Shown here piece after piece: positions 18,815 through 27,869 of a stretch of DNA of 64,000 nt (its first letter is position 1; each line of letters begins with the position of its first letter). The translations under genes were made by a program, and so were the position numbers. A model generated the notes under the pieces. It ran no database searches, was not told the DNA's origin, and worked only from the letters and a program-made list of their open reading frames with translations. This stretch comes from Dehalococcoidia bacterium (lineage in GTDB: Bacteria; Chloroflexota; Dehalococcoidia; Plut-88900): assembly GCA_965249275.1 (NCBI GenBank), contig CBDFLQ010000006.1, positions 448,307 to 512,306 of the forward strand, read 5' to 3'.

Positions 18815-18847
18815 GGGGCGAGAGGCTCTCGAAGTATGAGCGAGGAG
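18815..18847 (+). repeat. Partial module A repeat
   Basis: GGGGCGAGAGGCTCTCGAAGTATGAGCGAGGAG matches the 3' half of the 43640-43701 copy. Confidence 0.55.
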
Positions 18848-18978
18848 AGCACGTCTTCACACTAGCCACATCGTTAAGAACTTCTCACCCCCGTTCACCC
18901 CTGCTTGCGCCCCTCGGCCTTTGGTGGGAGACTTTAAGTGCTGCTAGGGCCCCTGGGCTCTGGCAAATTTCGGGCCGA

Positions 18979-19063
18979 GCGGAAGTGTCGGAATCGGTAG
19001 ACGAGCATGATTTAGGATCATGTGCCTTCGGGCGTGTGGGTTCGAGTCCCACCTTCCGCACCA
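18979..19063 (+). tRNA. tRNA-Leu (anticodon UAG), type II with long variable arm, CCA encoded
   Basis: Acceptor GCGGAAG/CTTCCGC. D stem TCG/CGA. Anticodon stem CATGA/TCATG with loop TTTAGGA. Variable arm GCC-TTCG-GGC. T arm GTGGG-TTCGAGT-CCCAC. Discriminator A followed by CCA. Confidence 0.93.
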
Positions 19064-19097
19064 CCCAACCCCAACAAACCCAAACCTCCTAGTGAAT

Positions 19098-19126
19098 GGG
19101 TGGAATAATCAACCCACCGTTTAATT
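19098..19126 (+). terminator. Possible weak terminator after tRNA-Leu
   Basis: GGGTGG-AATAATCAA-CCCACC followed by GTTTAATT. The stem is only 6 bp. Confidence 0.3.
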
Positions 19127-19148
19127 GGTCCGGTCATGGAGGCGTGAA

Positions 19149-19508
19149 ATGGGCAACCAGGAAAGACGACCCGAGCTACAAGACTACGGGATATCACGTA
19201 AGCAATACTTTGCGTACATCGGCAAAATCTCACGTAACCCCAATTGCGGGCACACTTGGGGAATGCCGATAATCGCGATAATTGTTGCTCTCACCGTATT
19301 CTTCTTTGTAACTCAGGGAGTCTCGGAACTAGTCTTGGGTCTAGGGTTTGTGGCTCTCGTGGCAATCGTGACAATGTATGGAACATTCATTGAGCTTCTA
19401 AAGAGGCCCCTTTTGTTGAGAGGAGATGTCATTGATAGGATCAAACTGTTCGAGGATGCGAATAGGGCCTATGAGCTGAAAGACTGTGAAACTGAGGAAT
19501 GGGATTGA
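19149..19508 (+). CDS. Hypothetical small membrane protein
   Basis: ATG at 19149 preceded by GGAGG; the listed ORF starts at 19125. Two adjacent hydrophobic helices. It is AT-richer than the surroundings: about 43-50% GC on the two lines I counted. Confidence 0.5.
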   Translation: MGNQERRPELQDYGISRKQYFAYIGKISRNPNCGHTWGMPIIAIIVALTVFFFVTQGVSELVLGLGFVALVAIVTMYGTFIELLKRPLLLRGDVIDRIKLFEDANRAYELKDCETEEWD

Positions 19509-19526
19509 CCGTACTTCATCTCCAAA

Positions 19527-20006
19527 ATGACCCCTAGACGGAACACAACCTCTTGGGAGCTGGACCTTCACGGCTACACTTGGCCCGAAGCCCGCAGACT
19601 ATTCGTCGATTTCTACAATCAAGCCCTCTCTTCAGGCAAGGGCCGGGTTGAACTCACGATAATTCACGGCTGGGGAGCATCCGGCCAGGGTGGAACCCTA
19701 CGCAGCCGACTGAGACATTTCCTCTCCGGCTTCCGAGATAGCCTCGAGTTCACGCCCGGTGAGGAAGTCGATGGTAACCGGGGCTGCACGTACATCACGC
19801 CTCTGGAACATCTCCCCGACGCCAATAACCCCCTCGCCGAGGCAATCTGGGACTACTGCCAACGCCCCCGCGCAACAAGTAAGGTAATGGGCAGGTTCCG
19901 CCGCCACGGCGACCCCCAAGTCTTGGACGCCGTTCGCCACCTCAAAAAACAGGCCCGCCTCACCGAGACCCACAATGGCAAAACACCGATCTTAGAGTCG
20001 CGCTAA
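19527..20006 (+). CDS. Smr domain protein
   Basis: 159 aa. LDLHGYTWPEARRLF...ELTIIHGWGASGQGGTLR matches the Smr LDLHG / IHGxG pattern. Confidence 0.75.
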   Translation: MTPRRNTTSWELDLHGYTWPEARRLFVDFYNQALSSGKGRVELTIIHGWGASGQGGTLRSRLRHFLSGFRDSLEFTPGEEVDGNRGCTYITPLEHLPDANNPLAEAIWDYCQRPRATSKVMGRFRRHGDPQVLDAVRHLKKQARLTETHNGKTPILESR

Positions 20007-20013
20007 GCCACCC

Positions 20014-20427
20014 TTAAAGCTGCCTCAGGCTGTGCACGGCATCCTGAGGACTGATCGCCGGAATCGGGGATTTTTTATAGTCTTTGAGGTTCCTGGTCAC
20101 TATCCGGGTCGCCCCACACCCTCGCGCCGCAGCCACCTGCATCGCATCCTCGAAATCCTTCATGGGGAGAGAGGCTGCATAGCGCACCCCTTCGGTATCC
20201 GTAGTAGCAACATCCACAATGTGGGTCAGCTGCACTATGAAGTCGCGGGTGCTAATTCCCCCATGCCGCGGCGACACCAGGTAGTACAGGTTCGAAACGC
20301 TGTGCCACGCTATGCATGCCTTTTCATAGCCCAGTTCCACAAGGTCCAGCACCTGGGCGGCAGCTTCGGAGAAAGGCTCCCTATCCAGGGCCACGTCAAT
20401 GAGTACGTCGGTGTCGATGAGGATCAT
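20014..20427 (-). CDS. vapC: PIN-domain toxin (VapC-like) of a type II toxin-antitoxin pair
   Basis: 137 aa. MILIDTDVLID acidic N-terminus and C-terminal IVTRNLKDY. A 4-nt overlap couples it to the upstream small gene. Confidence 0.85.
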   Translation of the reverse strand: MILIDTDVLIDVALDREPFSEAAAQVLDLVELGYEKACIAWHSVSNLYYLVSPRHGGISTRDFIVQLTHIVDVATTDTEGVRYAASLPMKDFEDAMQVAAARGCGATRIVTRNLKDYKKSPIPAISPQDAVHSLRQL

Positions 20428-20648
20428 CTAAGGTATTTGCGGGCAAGGGCTTCGTACCTCGGGTCTTCGCCCTCCGCTTGTCGGAACCGTCCCCTCCATC
20501 GGGAAGAGAATGTCGGCTCATATTTGACAGCGGCCTCCCTCAGTGACCTCTCTACAAGGGAAGATAGGGACTCCCCCCGGGAGTAGGCGTACTTCTTGGC
20601 CTTCGGTATTAGTTCCTCATCGATGGTTATGGTGAGTTTCTTTTTCAT
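20424..20648 (-). CDS. Antitoxin for the PIN toxin (small DNA-binding, DUF6364-like)
   Basis: 74 aa. MKKKLTITIDEELIPKAKKYAYSRGESLSSLVERSL. ATGA overlap with vapC. Confidence 0.75.
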   Translation of the reverse strand: MKKKLTITIDEELIPKAKKYAYSRGESLSSLVERSLREAAVKYEPTFSSRWRGRFRQAEGEDPRYEALARKYLR

Positions 20649-20668
20649 TTCCTTTTCTCCTGCCTACC

Positions 20669-20695
20669 GTATACGTATATTGTACACACGTATAC
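20669..20695. promoter_or_regulatory. Palindromic operator candidate upstream of the antitoxin-toxin operon
   Basis: GTATACGT (20669-20676) and ACGTATAC (20688-20695) form a perfect 8-bp inverted repeat flanking a TACAAT-like -10 on the minus strand, 20-45 nt upstream of the antitoxin start. Confidence 0.55.
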
Positions 20696-20754
20696 CACTT
20701 TTTCAACCCCAGCACTGATTTGGTGCGTGGGCCAAGGCAGGCCACCCCCGAGCC

Positions 20755-21600
20755 CTACTCCTGCTTCTTCACCCTGATCCCCCCGTACGTCTCCGCACGC
20801 CACTCGAGCGCCGGCCTCAGTCCCTTCTCCTCCACCATGTCGTAGAATTGCCGCACTTGGGGGGCCAGGTGTGTGAACGCAGAGTTCTCGACCGCCAGCC
20901 TCTGGGAAGCCACAAACCCCATGTTGTCCAGCACCTTGTTCACCAGCGACTTGTTCGGCTCCAGCAGGTCCAGCGGCAGCAGCGCAATCTTCTGCGCCAG
21001 CTTGTCCACCTCCGCCTCCAGCTCATCCGCCGGCACCGACTTAAACGTAAGCCCGATCCGTTCCGCCGTCTTCCCGTCTATGTTGTCGCCCGTCAGAAGG
21101 ACATACTTCGCCCATTGCGGCCCGACAAGGTACGTCCACGCATGCCTGAGTACGCTCTGCATCCCCTTCACGTCCGGGCATCCTATCTGCGCATCCTCCG
21201 CAGCCAGAATGAAATCGCACAGAAGGAACAGGTCCGTGGCCCCTGCCAGGAAGTAGCCGTGCACCTGGACGATTGTCGGCTTGCCGATGCCGCGGATCAT
21301 ATCAGCGGCATCGGTCCAGACTCTCGTAACCCTCTTGTAATCGTAAGCGGTCGTTACATCCGAAGTTCGGTTGGGCTGGTCTGGCGCCAGGTCCGCCCCT
21401 GCCGTGAAAGCCCTGCCGTTCCCCTTGATCACTATCACCCTCACCTCTCGGTCATCATCCATGCCCTTCAGCGCATCGACAATCTCGCCCACGAATGCCT
21501 TGTTTAGCGCATTAAGCTTCTTTGGCCGGTTGAGTATCACGTACCCGATCCTGCTCTTTTTCTCCGTTAGAACGTACTCGTAGTCCACGTTTTCCTCCAT
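20755..21600 (-). CDS. Enoyl-CoA hydratase/isomerase (crotonase) family protein
   Basis: 281 aa. YVILNRPKKLNALN and VIVIKGNGRAFTAGADL. Confidence 0.85.
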   Translation of the reverse strand: MEENVDYEYVLTEKKSRIGYVILNRPKKLNALNKAFVGEIVDALKGMDDDREVRVIVIKGNGRAFTAGADLAPDQPNRTSDVTTAYDYKRVTRVWTDAADMIRGIGKPTIVQVHGYFLAGATDLFLLCDFILAAEDAQIGCPDVKGMQSVLRHAWTYLVGPQWAKYVLLTGDNIDGKTAERIGLTFKSVPADELEAEVDKLAQKIALLPLDLLEPNKSLVNKVLDNMGFVASQRLAVENSAFTHLAPQVRQFYDMVEEKGLRPALEWRAETYGGIRVKKQE

Positions 21601-21639
21601 TGCCTTATTCGGACTCTGAATCGTATTGGTCAGTTTCCT

Positions 21640-22791
21640 CTAGTTGCCATTCTTGTCCTGGAACCTCGGCACGACCTCTGTGCCAAACAACTCGATACTC
21701 TCCATATACTGCTCGAAACTGATGAACGGAATGCTGGGGAAGATCTGGAAGTGCTGGAAGTTTATCTCCCTGTTCAGCCTGTCCAGCTGCTCCGCAATAT
21801 GGTCGGGTGTTCCCACCATTATTACGTTGTGCTTCCACAGGAAGTCGAACCAGTCGCAGTTCAGGTCGTCGTTGTGCAGCGTCTCGCTCGACCCCAGCAG
21901 ACCCTGCCGCACCCGACCCATGTGCGCCTCGATATTTCCGTACAGGTCGTTAATTCCCGGCCTGGCAATGCTGATGGCTTCCTCCATCGTCTTTGCGCAG
22001 AACGACATGAACTGGATGGAAGTCTTCTCTCCCAGCGGAAGACCATTGCCCGCACTTTCCGTGCCCTTCTTGTATGCCTCGAACCCGTCCCTGATCCCTT
22101 CCAATGACCTCGCCGACCCCATCCCAAACAGCCCCCGAGCCCCAGCCACTTCCCATGACCGGTTGCTTGTCACCATCTGGGTGATCGGGGGATGCGGCTT
22201 CTGGTATGGCTTGGGCAGCACGGACACCTTAACCAGCTCGCCCTCAGGCGAGTAGTGCGGAGGAGTAAGAGGAACACCGGGATCGGTCTCCATCCAGCCC
22301 GGTAGGGGGATCGTGTAGAAACGGCCCTTGTGGCTGAATGCCTCTTCAGTCCACGCCTTTATGATTATGTCTAGAGACTCGGTGAACAGAGCGTAATTCT
22401 TTTCGTTGTTCCGCCGGTCGGCCTCCGGGTTTAACTGTGCCCCCCACCGACTGTTGAACCCCCTCCCAATCCCGAACTCGGCCCTCCCCAGCGTCATGTG
22501 GTCTAGGGTCGCTATGTCCTCGGCCACCCGGATCGGATGCCAGTCACAGATCGAGGTTGGGCTCTGTCCCACCTTCAGCGTCTTGGTGTGTAGGGCTATG
22601 TCTAGTCCCGTCATTATCGGGTTCGTGGCCGTCGAGAAGAAGCCGTCGTGCCAAAGGTGGTGCTCCGCCACCCACGCCGTCGTGAACCCTAACGCCTCCA
22701 GCGCCCGACCATACTCCCTGTACTCATCAACCTGGATGTGCCAGGGGATTACCTTTTTCGTATGCCAGAATATCGAGCTATCAAATCGCAT
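21640..22791 (-). CDS. LLM-class flavin-dependent monooxygenase/oxidoreductase
   Basis: 383 aa. GFTTAWVAEHH and GRAEFGIGRGF motifs. Confidence 0.8.
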   Translation of the reverse strand: MRFDSSIFWHTKKVIPWHIQVDEYREYGRALEALGFTTAWVAEHHLWHDGFFSTATNPIMTGLDIALHTKTLKVGQSPTSICDWHPIRVAEDIATLDHMTLGRAEFGIGRGFNSRWGAQLNPEADRRNNEKNYALFTESLDIIIKAWTEEAFSHKGRFYTIPLPGWMETDPGVPLTPPHYSPEGELVKVSVLPKPYQKPHPPITQMVTSNRSWEVAGARGLFGMGSARSLEGIRDGFEAYKKGTESAGNGLPLGEKTSIQFMSFCAKTMEEAISIARPGINDLYGNIEAHMGRVRQGLLGSSETLHNDDLNCDWFDFLWKHNVIMVGTPDHIAEQLDRLNREINFQHFQIFPSIPFISFEQYMESIELFGTEVVPRFQDKNGN

Positions 22792-22855
22792 CTGTGACCT
22801 CTCCTTTGAGTTTTTGGGAGTGGATCGCTACCCTTGGAGATCTCTGAAAAGCTCC

Positions 22856-23926
22856 TTAATCCTCCGCCGGTTCCCCGAAGGTCAATGCCCGTTTCGGGTT
22901 GTCTACCAGCATTCGCCGAATCTCCTCTTCCTCGAAGCCCTTGGTCCGCATCCTGGGAACCATGTATTCGAGGAAGTAGCAATACCCTTGGCCCCCGTTC
23001 TTAACCAGTTGCTTCTTCTGAGCTATGTCATGCGACACCAGTAGTTGGCCCCCGTGCCCCTCGCTTATCAGCCATGCCATTATATTCAACCGCTGCGCGT
23101 CATTGAGGATGTCTATCTGAGGCGCCGCAGGAAAAAACGAGGCCTCCTCCCCAAAAAAGTCATACTCGAGAAAACATCCTGTCTCCGCCAGCTCCTTCAG
23201 CAGCTTCTTGTCGAATATCGTACGCTCCAGGTGCCCGACAATCACCCGCTTGGGATCGGCCCCCGACTCCACCAGGATCTCCATGATCTCCGCTGGGCTC
23301 GATTGGTCTCTGCCTGGGTGTATCAGGATTGGCGCTCCAGTCAGCCTATGCGCCCGAGCCGTGGCCCGTAGCACCTTCCGTTCGTTTGGGTGCAGCGGCC
23401 ACGAACACCCCACCTCCCCCATTATCCCCGCCCGAATACCCGTGCCCCCCACCCCCCTCAGCACGTCTCCCACTATCTGTTCGGTCAGCGACTCCTCGCT
23501 CCTCTCATCCATGTCGGCCGGGTGCGTCGCCCCCACATAGAAGGAAGACCCCATGATCACGTGCACCCCCGTGGCCCGGGATATGCGGGTCAGCCCCACC
23601 GGGTCCCGACCGAGACCTATGTTCGTAGCATCCACCAGCGCCAAGCCACCGAACTCCTTATACAACCCCACTTCAGCGATGATGGTCCGGATGTCATCCA
23701 GCTTTGAATTGTCCTTGTTTACCCCCTGCCCGTGATGAACCCAACCCAGTATCTCGATGCTGAATGGAGCTTCGTATTTCCCCCTCTGGCTCGCCTCTTC
23801 CGGCACTTCGGACACCCCGTCGAACGACGATAGCAGGTGTTCGTGCGTCATCGTAACGCCCAGGTCCTCCGGCGCTATTGGCCCTAGTACCGTCTGCACC
23901 TTACCCCCCAGGCTCACACCGCTCAC
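22856..23926 (-). CDS. Phosphotriesterase-related (PTER/Php-like) metal hydrolase, tandem copy 3 of 3 in transcription order
   Basis: 356 aa. GVTMTHEHLL (HxH), GEVG (bridging Glu), ILIHPGR, VGHLER, VSHDI (Asp). GTG start in a GTGA overlap with the upstream copy. Confidence 0.85.
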   Translation of the reverse strand: MSGVSLGGKVQTVLGPIAPEDLGVTMTHEHLLSSFDGVSEVPEEASQRGKYEAPFSIEILGWVHHGQGVNKDNSKLDDIRTIIAEVGLYKEFGGLALVDATNIGLGRDPVGLTRISRATGVHVIMGSSFYVGATHPADMDERSEESLTEQIVGDVLRGVGGTGIRAGIMGEVGCSWPLHPNERKVLRATARAHRLTGAPILIHPGRDQSSPAEIMEILVESGADPKRVIVGHLERTIFDKKLLKELAETGCFLEYDFFGEEASFFPAAPQIDILNDAQRLNIMAWLISEGHGGQLLVSHDIAQKKQLVKNGGQGYCYFLEYMVPRMRTKGFEEEEIRRMLVDNPKRALTFGEPAED

Positions 23927-24987
23927 TGAGGCTCCACGAATGTCAGTGCCCGCCTGGGGTTGTCTACCAGAATCCGTTGAATGTCTTCTTCCTTAAAGCC
24001 CTTGATACGCATCCTGGGCACCATGTATTCGAGAAAATAGCAGTACCCTTGGCCTCCGTACTTCACCAAATGGGCCTTCTGAGCTATGTCATGCGACACC
24101 ACTAGTTGGTCCCCGTGCCCCTCGCTTATCAGCCACTCCATCATGCTCAAACGCTGCGCGTCATTCATGATGTCTATGTGAGGTGCTGGCGGGTAGTACG
24201 AGACCTCCTGCCCGAAGATATCGTACTCCAGGAAGCACCCCGTCTCAGCCAACTCCTTCAACACTTTCTTGTCGAAGATAGTCCTGTCTAGGTGCCCGAC
24301 GATCACCCGCTCGGGATCGGCGCCCGCCTCCACCAGGATCTCCATGATCTCTTCTGGGCACGATTGGTCCCTGCCGGGATGTATTAGGATCGGAGCCCCC
24401 GTCAGCCTCTGCGCCCGAGCCGTGGCGCATAACACCTTCCTTTCGCTAGGGTGCAGTGGCCACGAACACCCCACCTCCCCCAACACCCCTGCACATACGC
24501 CCGTGCTCCCCACCCCTCTCAACACGTCCCCCGCTATCTGCTCGGTCAGCGACTCCTCGCTCCTTTCCTCCATCTTCGCGGGATGCCTCGAAGCTACGTA
24601 GAAAGACGCACCCATGATGATATGCACACCCGTGGCCCGGGATATGCGAGTCAGCCCCACCGGGTCCCGACCAATACCTAGGCTCGTAGCATCCACCAGC
24701 GCCGAGCCGCCGAACTGCTTGTACAGCCCCACTTCTTCGATGATGGTAGGAATGTCGTCCAGCCCGGAATTGTCCTTGTTTACGCCTCGCCCGTGGTGAA
24801 TCCAGCCTAGAACCTCCAAATTGAACGGGGCTTCGTACTTCCCATTCTGGCTTGCCCCCTCCGGCACGCCGAACACCCCATCAAACGACCCTAATACGTG
24901 CTCGTGCGTCATCGTAACGCCCAGGTCCTCCGGCTCTATAGGCCCAAGCACCGTCTGCACCTTACCTGCCAGGCTCACACCATTCAC
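23923..24987 (-). CDS. Phosphotriesterase-related hydrolase, tandem copy 2
   Basis: 354 aa with the same ligand set. About 80% identical to its neighbours by eye. GTGA overlaps at both ends. Confidence 0.85.
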   Translation of the reverse strand: MNGVSLAGKVQTVLGPIEPEDLGVTMTHEHVLGSFDGVFGVPEGASQNGKYEAPFNLEVLGWIHHGRGVNKDNSGLDDIPTIIEEVGLYKQFGGSALVDATSLGIGRDPVGLTRISRATGVHIIMGASFYVASRHPAKMEERSEESLTEQIAGDVLRGVGSTGVCAGVLGEVGCSWPLHPSERKVLCATARAQRLTGAPILIHPGRDQSCPEEIMEILVEAGADPERVIVGHLDRTIFDKKVLKELAETGCFLEYDIFGQEVSYYPPAPHIDIMNDAQRLSMMEWLISEGHGDQLVVSHDIAQKAHLVKYGGQGYCYFLEYMVPRMRIKGFKEEDIQRILVDNPRRALTFVEPQ

Positions 24988-26048
24988 TGAGGCTCCACGA
25001 ATGTAAGTGCCCGCTTGGGATTGTCTACCAGGATCCGCCGAATATCCTCCTCCTCGAAGCCCTTGATCCGCATCCTCGGCACCATGTACTCCAGGAAATA
25101 GCAGTACCCGTGCCCCCCGTACTGCACCAGTCGATTCTTGCGAGCGATGTCATGCGAGACAAGAAGCTGTCCCCCGTGCCCCTCGCTTATAAGCCATGCC
25201 AGCATGTTCAGCCGTTGAGCATCGTTGGGCATGTCTATGTGGGGTGCCGCCGGATACAGAGAAGTCTCTTGTCCGAACACGTCGTACTCCAGGAAACACC
25301 CCGTCTCGGCAAGGTTCTTCAGCAGTTTCTTGTCGAAGATGGTCCTGTCCAGGTGCCCGACAATCACTCGCTTGGGGTCCGCCCCCGCCTCTAGCAGGAT
25401 CCCCATAATCTCCGCCGGACTCGTCTGATCTCGACCCGGATGTATCAGGATCGGCGCCCCCGTCAACCTCTGCGCCCGAGCCGTGGCCCGTAGCACTTTC
25501 CGCTCAGTGGGGCGCAGGGGCCATGTGCACCCCACCTCCCCCATGATCCCCGCCTTTATCCCCGTGCTCCCCACACCCCTCAGCACATCCCCGGCTATCT
25601 GCTCGGTCAGTGATTCCTCGCTTCGTTCGTCCATGTCCGCGGGATGCGTCACGCCCACGTAGAACGACGACCCCATGATAACGTGCACTCCCGTGGCCCG
25701 TGAGATACGTGTCAACCCCACCGGGTCCCGACCCAGCCCAAGGCTCGTCGCATCCACCAGCGCCGAGCCCCCAAATTCCTTATATAGCCCCACTTCCTTA
25801 ACGATGGTGGGGATGTGGTCCAGCTTGGAATTATCCTTGTTGATTCCCCTTCCGTGGAGCAGCCAGCCGAGAATCTCGATGCTGAATGGAGCTTCAAACT
25901 TTGCCTTGAGGCTCGCCTCCGTCGGCTCCTTGTACACCCCGACCGTCGACACCAGCAGGTGCTCGTGCGTCATCGTCACGCCCAAGTCATCCGGGTTTAT
26001 CGGCCCTAGAACCGTCTGCACTTTCCCAGCCAGGCTAACGCTGCTCAT
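24984..26048 (-). CDS. Phosphotriesterase-related hydrolase, tandem copy 1 (first in the operon)
   Basis: 354 aa with an ATG start and the same ligand set. Confidence 0.85.
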   Translation of the reverse strand: MSSVSLAGKVQTVLGPINPDDLGVTMTHEHLLVSTVGVYKEPTEASLKAKFEAPFSIEILGWLLHGRGINKDNSKLDHIPTIVKEVGLYKEFGGSALVDATSLGLGRDPVGLTRISRATGVHVIMGSSFYVGVTHPADMDERSEESLTEQIAGDVLRGVGSTGIKAGIMGEVGCTWPLRPTERKVLRATARAQRLTGAPILIHPGRDQTSPAEIMGILLEAGADPKRVIVGHLDRTIFDKKLLKNLAETGCFLEYDVFGQETSLYPAAPHIDMPNDAQRLNMLAWLISEGHGGQLLVSHDIARKNRLVQYGGHGYCYFLEYMVPRMRIKGFEEEDIRRILVDNPKRALTFVEPQ

Positions 26049-26130
26049 ATACTGCCCTTCATACTAACTGTCATGCACCCTTGGATAAGGCTTTACGCAC
26101 CCTTCCCAGAGGAGCTTGTGGAGTTGTGCT

Positions 26131-26216
26131 GTCCCCTCTCCCTTGATGGGCCGTAGGTGCGCCCCAGGCGTGAGAGGGCTAGGGCCGTAGGCTCGCCGAG
26201 GAGAGTGAGGGTGATA
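26131..26216 (+). repeat. Intergenic repeat, module C (CCCCTCTCCCTTGATG...GAGAGTGAGGGTGAT) with internal duplication
   Basis: Related copies at 29331-29380 and 43463-43514. GGGCCGTAGGTGCGCC and GGGCCGTAGGCTCGCC are duplicated inside the module. Confidence 0.65.
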
Positions 26217-26267
26217 CAATTCCCTCCACCCGCAATTGCGCAGGAGCCTCTTCTTGCCCCCACCCCC

Positions 26268-26981
26268 CTAGTCCCTAATGTTGAAACCCCGATACACTTC
26301 CGCATATTTCACGCCCCGCGGCTTTCCATTCTCACTCCGCCACATCCGCATGTACTTCTCGGCGTCCTCCGGCCTGACCTGGCTTCTGTGCTGCTTCAAA
26401 GCCTCGATAGCCGTTTCTATAGTGTCCGTCACGTCTATGACCGTGTTTGCATCTTCGCTCCGGTCCATAATCAGCAGTTGGGCAACCTTGTGAGGCTCGA
26501 AACCCTCGTCCAGAAGCCCGGGAAACGTGAGCCTGTCCCGGGCCGCCGGGTACACCGCCGACATCGTCGCTTCTCCCACCGCAATGTGGTCCGGGTGCCC
26601 GATATAGTCTCCGTGATCGAAGCTGCGTATCGGGCAGGGAGAGATGAGTATGTCCGGCCTGTGCCTTCTTATCTCTCTGGAAATGTCCTTGCGTAGCTCC
26701 AATGATGGGGTCAGCATGGCATCTTCGTAGTCCAGGAAAATCACATCCCTCACGCCCAACACGTCGGCAGCATCGCGTTGCTCCTGCCTTCTCATCTCGG
26801 CGAGCTGCTGGTTATCTATCTCCGGGACGTCAGTTCCTTTATTCCCATTGGTGCATATGATGTAGACTACGTCCATTCCATCTCTGCACCACTTCGCCAC
26901 CGTCCCCGAGCATCCCCACTCCGCATCGTCGGGATGTGCCACAATCACCATCCCCCGCTGAGGCTTGATATCGTCTTCCAT
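26268..26981 (-). CDS. PIG-L/LmbE-family deacetylase
   Basis: 237 aa. VAHPDDAEWG and GHPDHIAVG motifs. Confidence 0.85.
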   Translation of the reverse strand: MEDDIKPQRGMVIVAHPDDAEWGCSGTVAKWCRDGMDVVYIICTNGNKGTDVPEIDNQQLAEMRRQEQRDAADVLGVRDVIFLDYEDAMLTPSLELRKDISREIRRHRPDILISPCPIRSFDHGDYIGHPDHIAVGEATMSAVYPAARDRLTFPGLLDEGFEPHKVAQLLIMDRSEDANTVIDVTDTIETAIEALKQHRSQVRPEDAEKYMRMWRSENGKPRGVKYAEVYRGFNIRD

Positions 26982-27041
26982 GCTCCTTGTGCCCCTTACT
27001 TTCTTGGTTTTATGTTGAGTTTTTGGGCCGAAACCCGGCCT

Positions 27042-27791
27042 TCAACTGTATCGTTCTACCAGTTCCCTTACCAACAGCGTCAGGCCGGAAATGATTATGA
27101 CTGCAACCACCGCAAACCTCAACATCGATTCTTTCATTCTCCCGACCAACCGAGATGCTACCCAGAATCCGCCCAGGGTCGCGGGCAGAAGCATCAGATT
27201 TAGCAGCCATCGTTCCCCGGTGTATATACCGAATATTACGTACAGGACGATTGCAAAAACTGCAACCGTAGAGTAGTAGACCGCTATCGTCACCCTGATC
27301 TTCCTCGCCCCCAAGCCCTGGTTGAACAAATGCCAGGCCACAATCGGAATACCGACACCCAACCCCGTCACCAGTGCTGCCCCCCCGAATCCGAACGCCG
27401 CGTCTACTACCTTGGATTTTGGTATCGGAATCCTTCTCCGCGAAAGGCTCAGCGCTGCCAAAACGACTATTACTCCGCCAATTAGTATCTTCAGTGCCTC
27501 CGGAGCTAGGTTTTCCAGTACCAGAATCCCTACAGGTACTCCAGCCAGACCTGCAATCACTAGTGGCTTGGCCGACCCGGTGTCTACCTCCCCCCTCCCC
27601 TTCACCCCGATCATCGCCAACCCCACGAAGGATAGCGTGTTGACAGCCAGCACCACGGGCGGGGGATCTAGAACAAGCAGGAGCATCGGAGACAGCATCA
27701 TCCCCATCCCAAACCCCACCAGCCCCGCCACCGCGGAGCTCAGAAACACCGCCGCCATCGCAAATGCCAGTTCCGGACCCGAGAGGAGCAT
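27042..27791 (-). CDS. TauE/SafE-family anion exporter-like membrane protein
   Basis: 249 aa with about 8 helices, glycine-rich, and an internally duplicated architecture. Confidence 0.65.
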   Translation of the reverse strand: MLLSGPELAFAMAAVFLSSAVAGLVGFGMGMMLSPMLLLVLDPPPVVLAVNTLSFVGLAMIGVKGRGEVDTGSAKPLVIAGLAGVPVGILVLENLAPEALKILIGGVIVVLAALSLSRRRIPIPKSKVVDAAFGFGGAALVTGLGVGIPIVAWHLFNQGLGARKIRVTIAVYYSTVAVFAIVLYVIFGIYTGERWLLNLMLLPATLGGFWVASRLVGRMKESMLRFAVVAVIIISGLTLLVRELVERYS

Positions 27792-27869
27792 CAGTAGACC
27801 GGCCCTCTAAGGGAAGACCCTCTTTTGCAGGTTTCCACTTTCACCTCTCTCAGGTAGAATCCAATCACC

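Noticed and set aside
18979-20700. Integrated prophage or integrative element at tRNA-Leu
   Set aside because: No integrase, recombinase or phage structural genes are present, and I could not find a direct repeat of the tRNA 3' end. Reported only as a possible small islet.
26100-26267. Possible CRISPR array or other regularly spaced repeat array in the repeat-rich intergenic regions (26.1, 29.3 and 43.4 kb)
   Set aside because: The modules differ from each other, are contiguous or irregularly spaced, have no unique spacers of constant length, and no cas genes are present.
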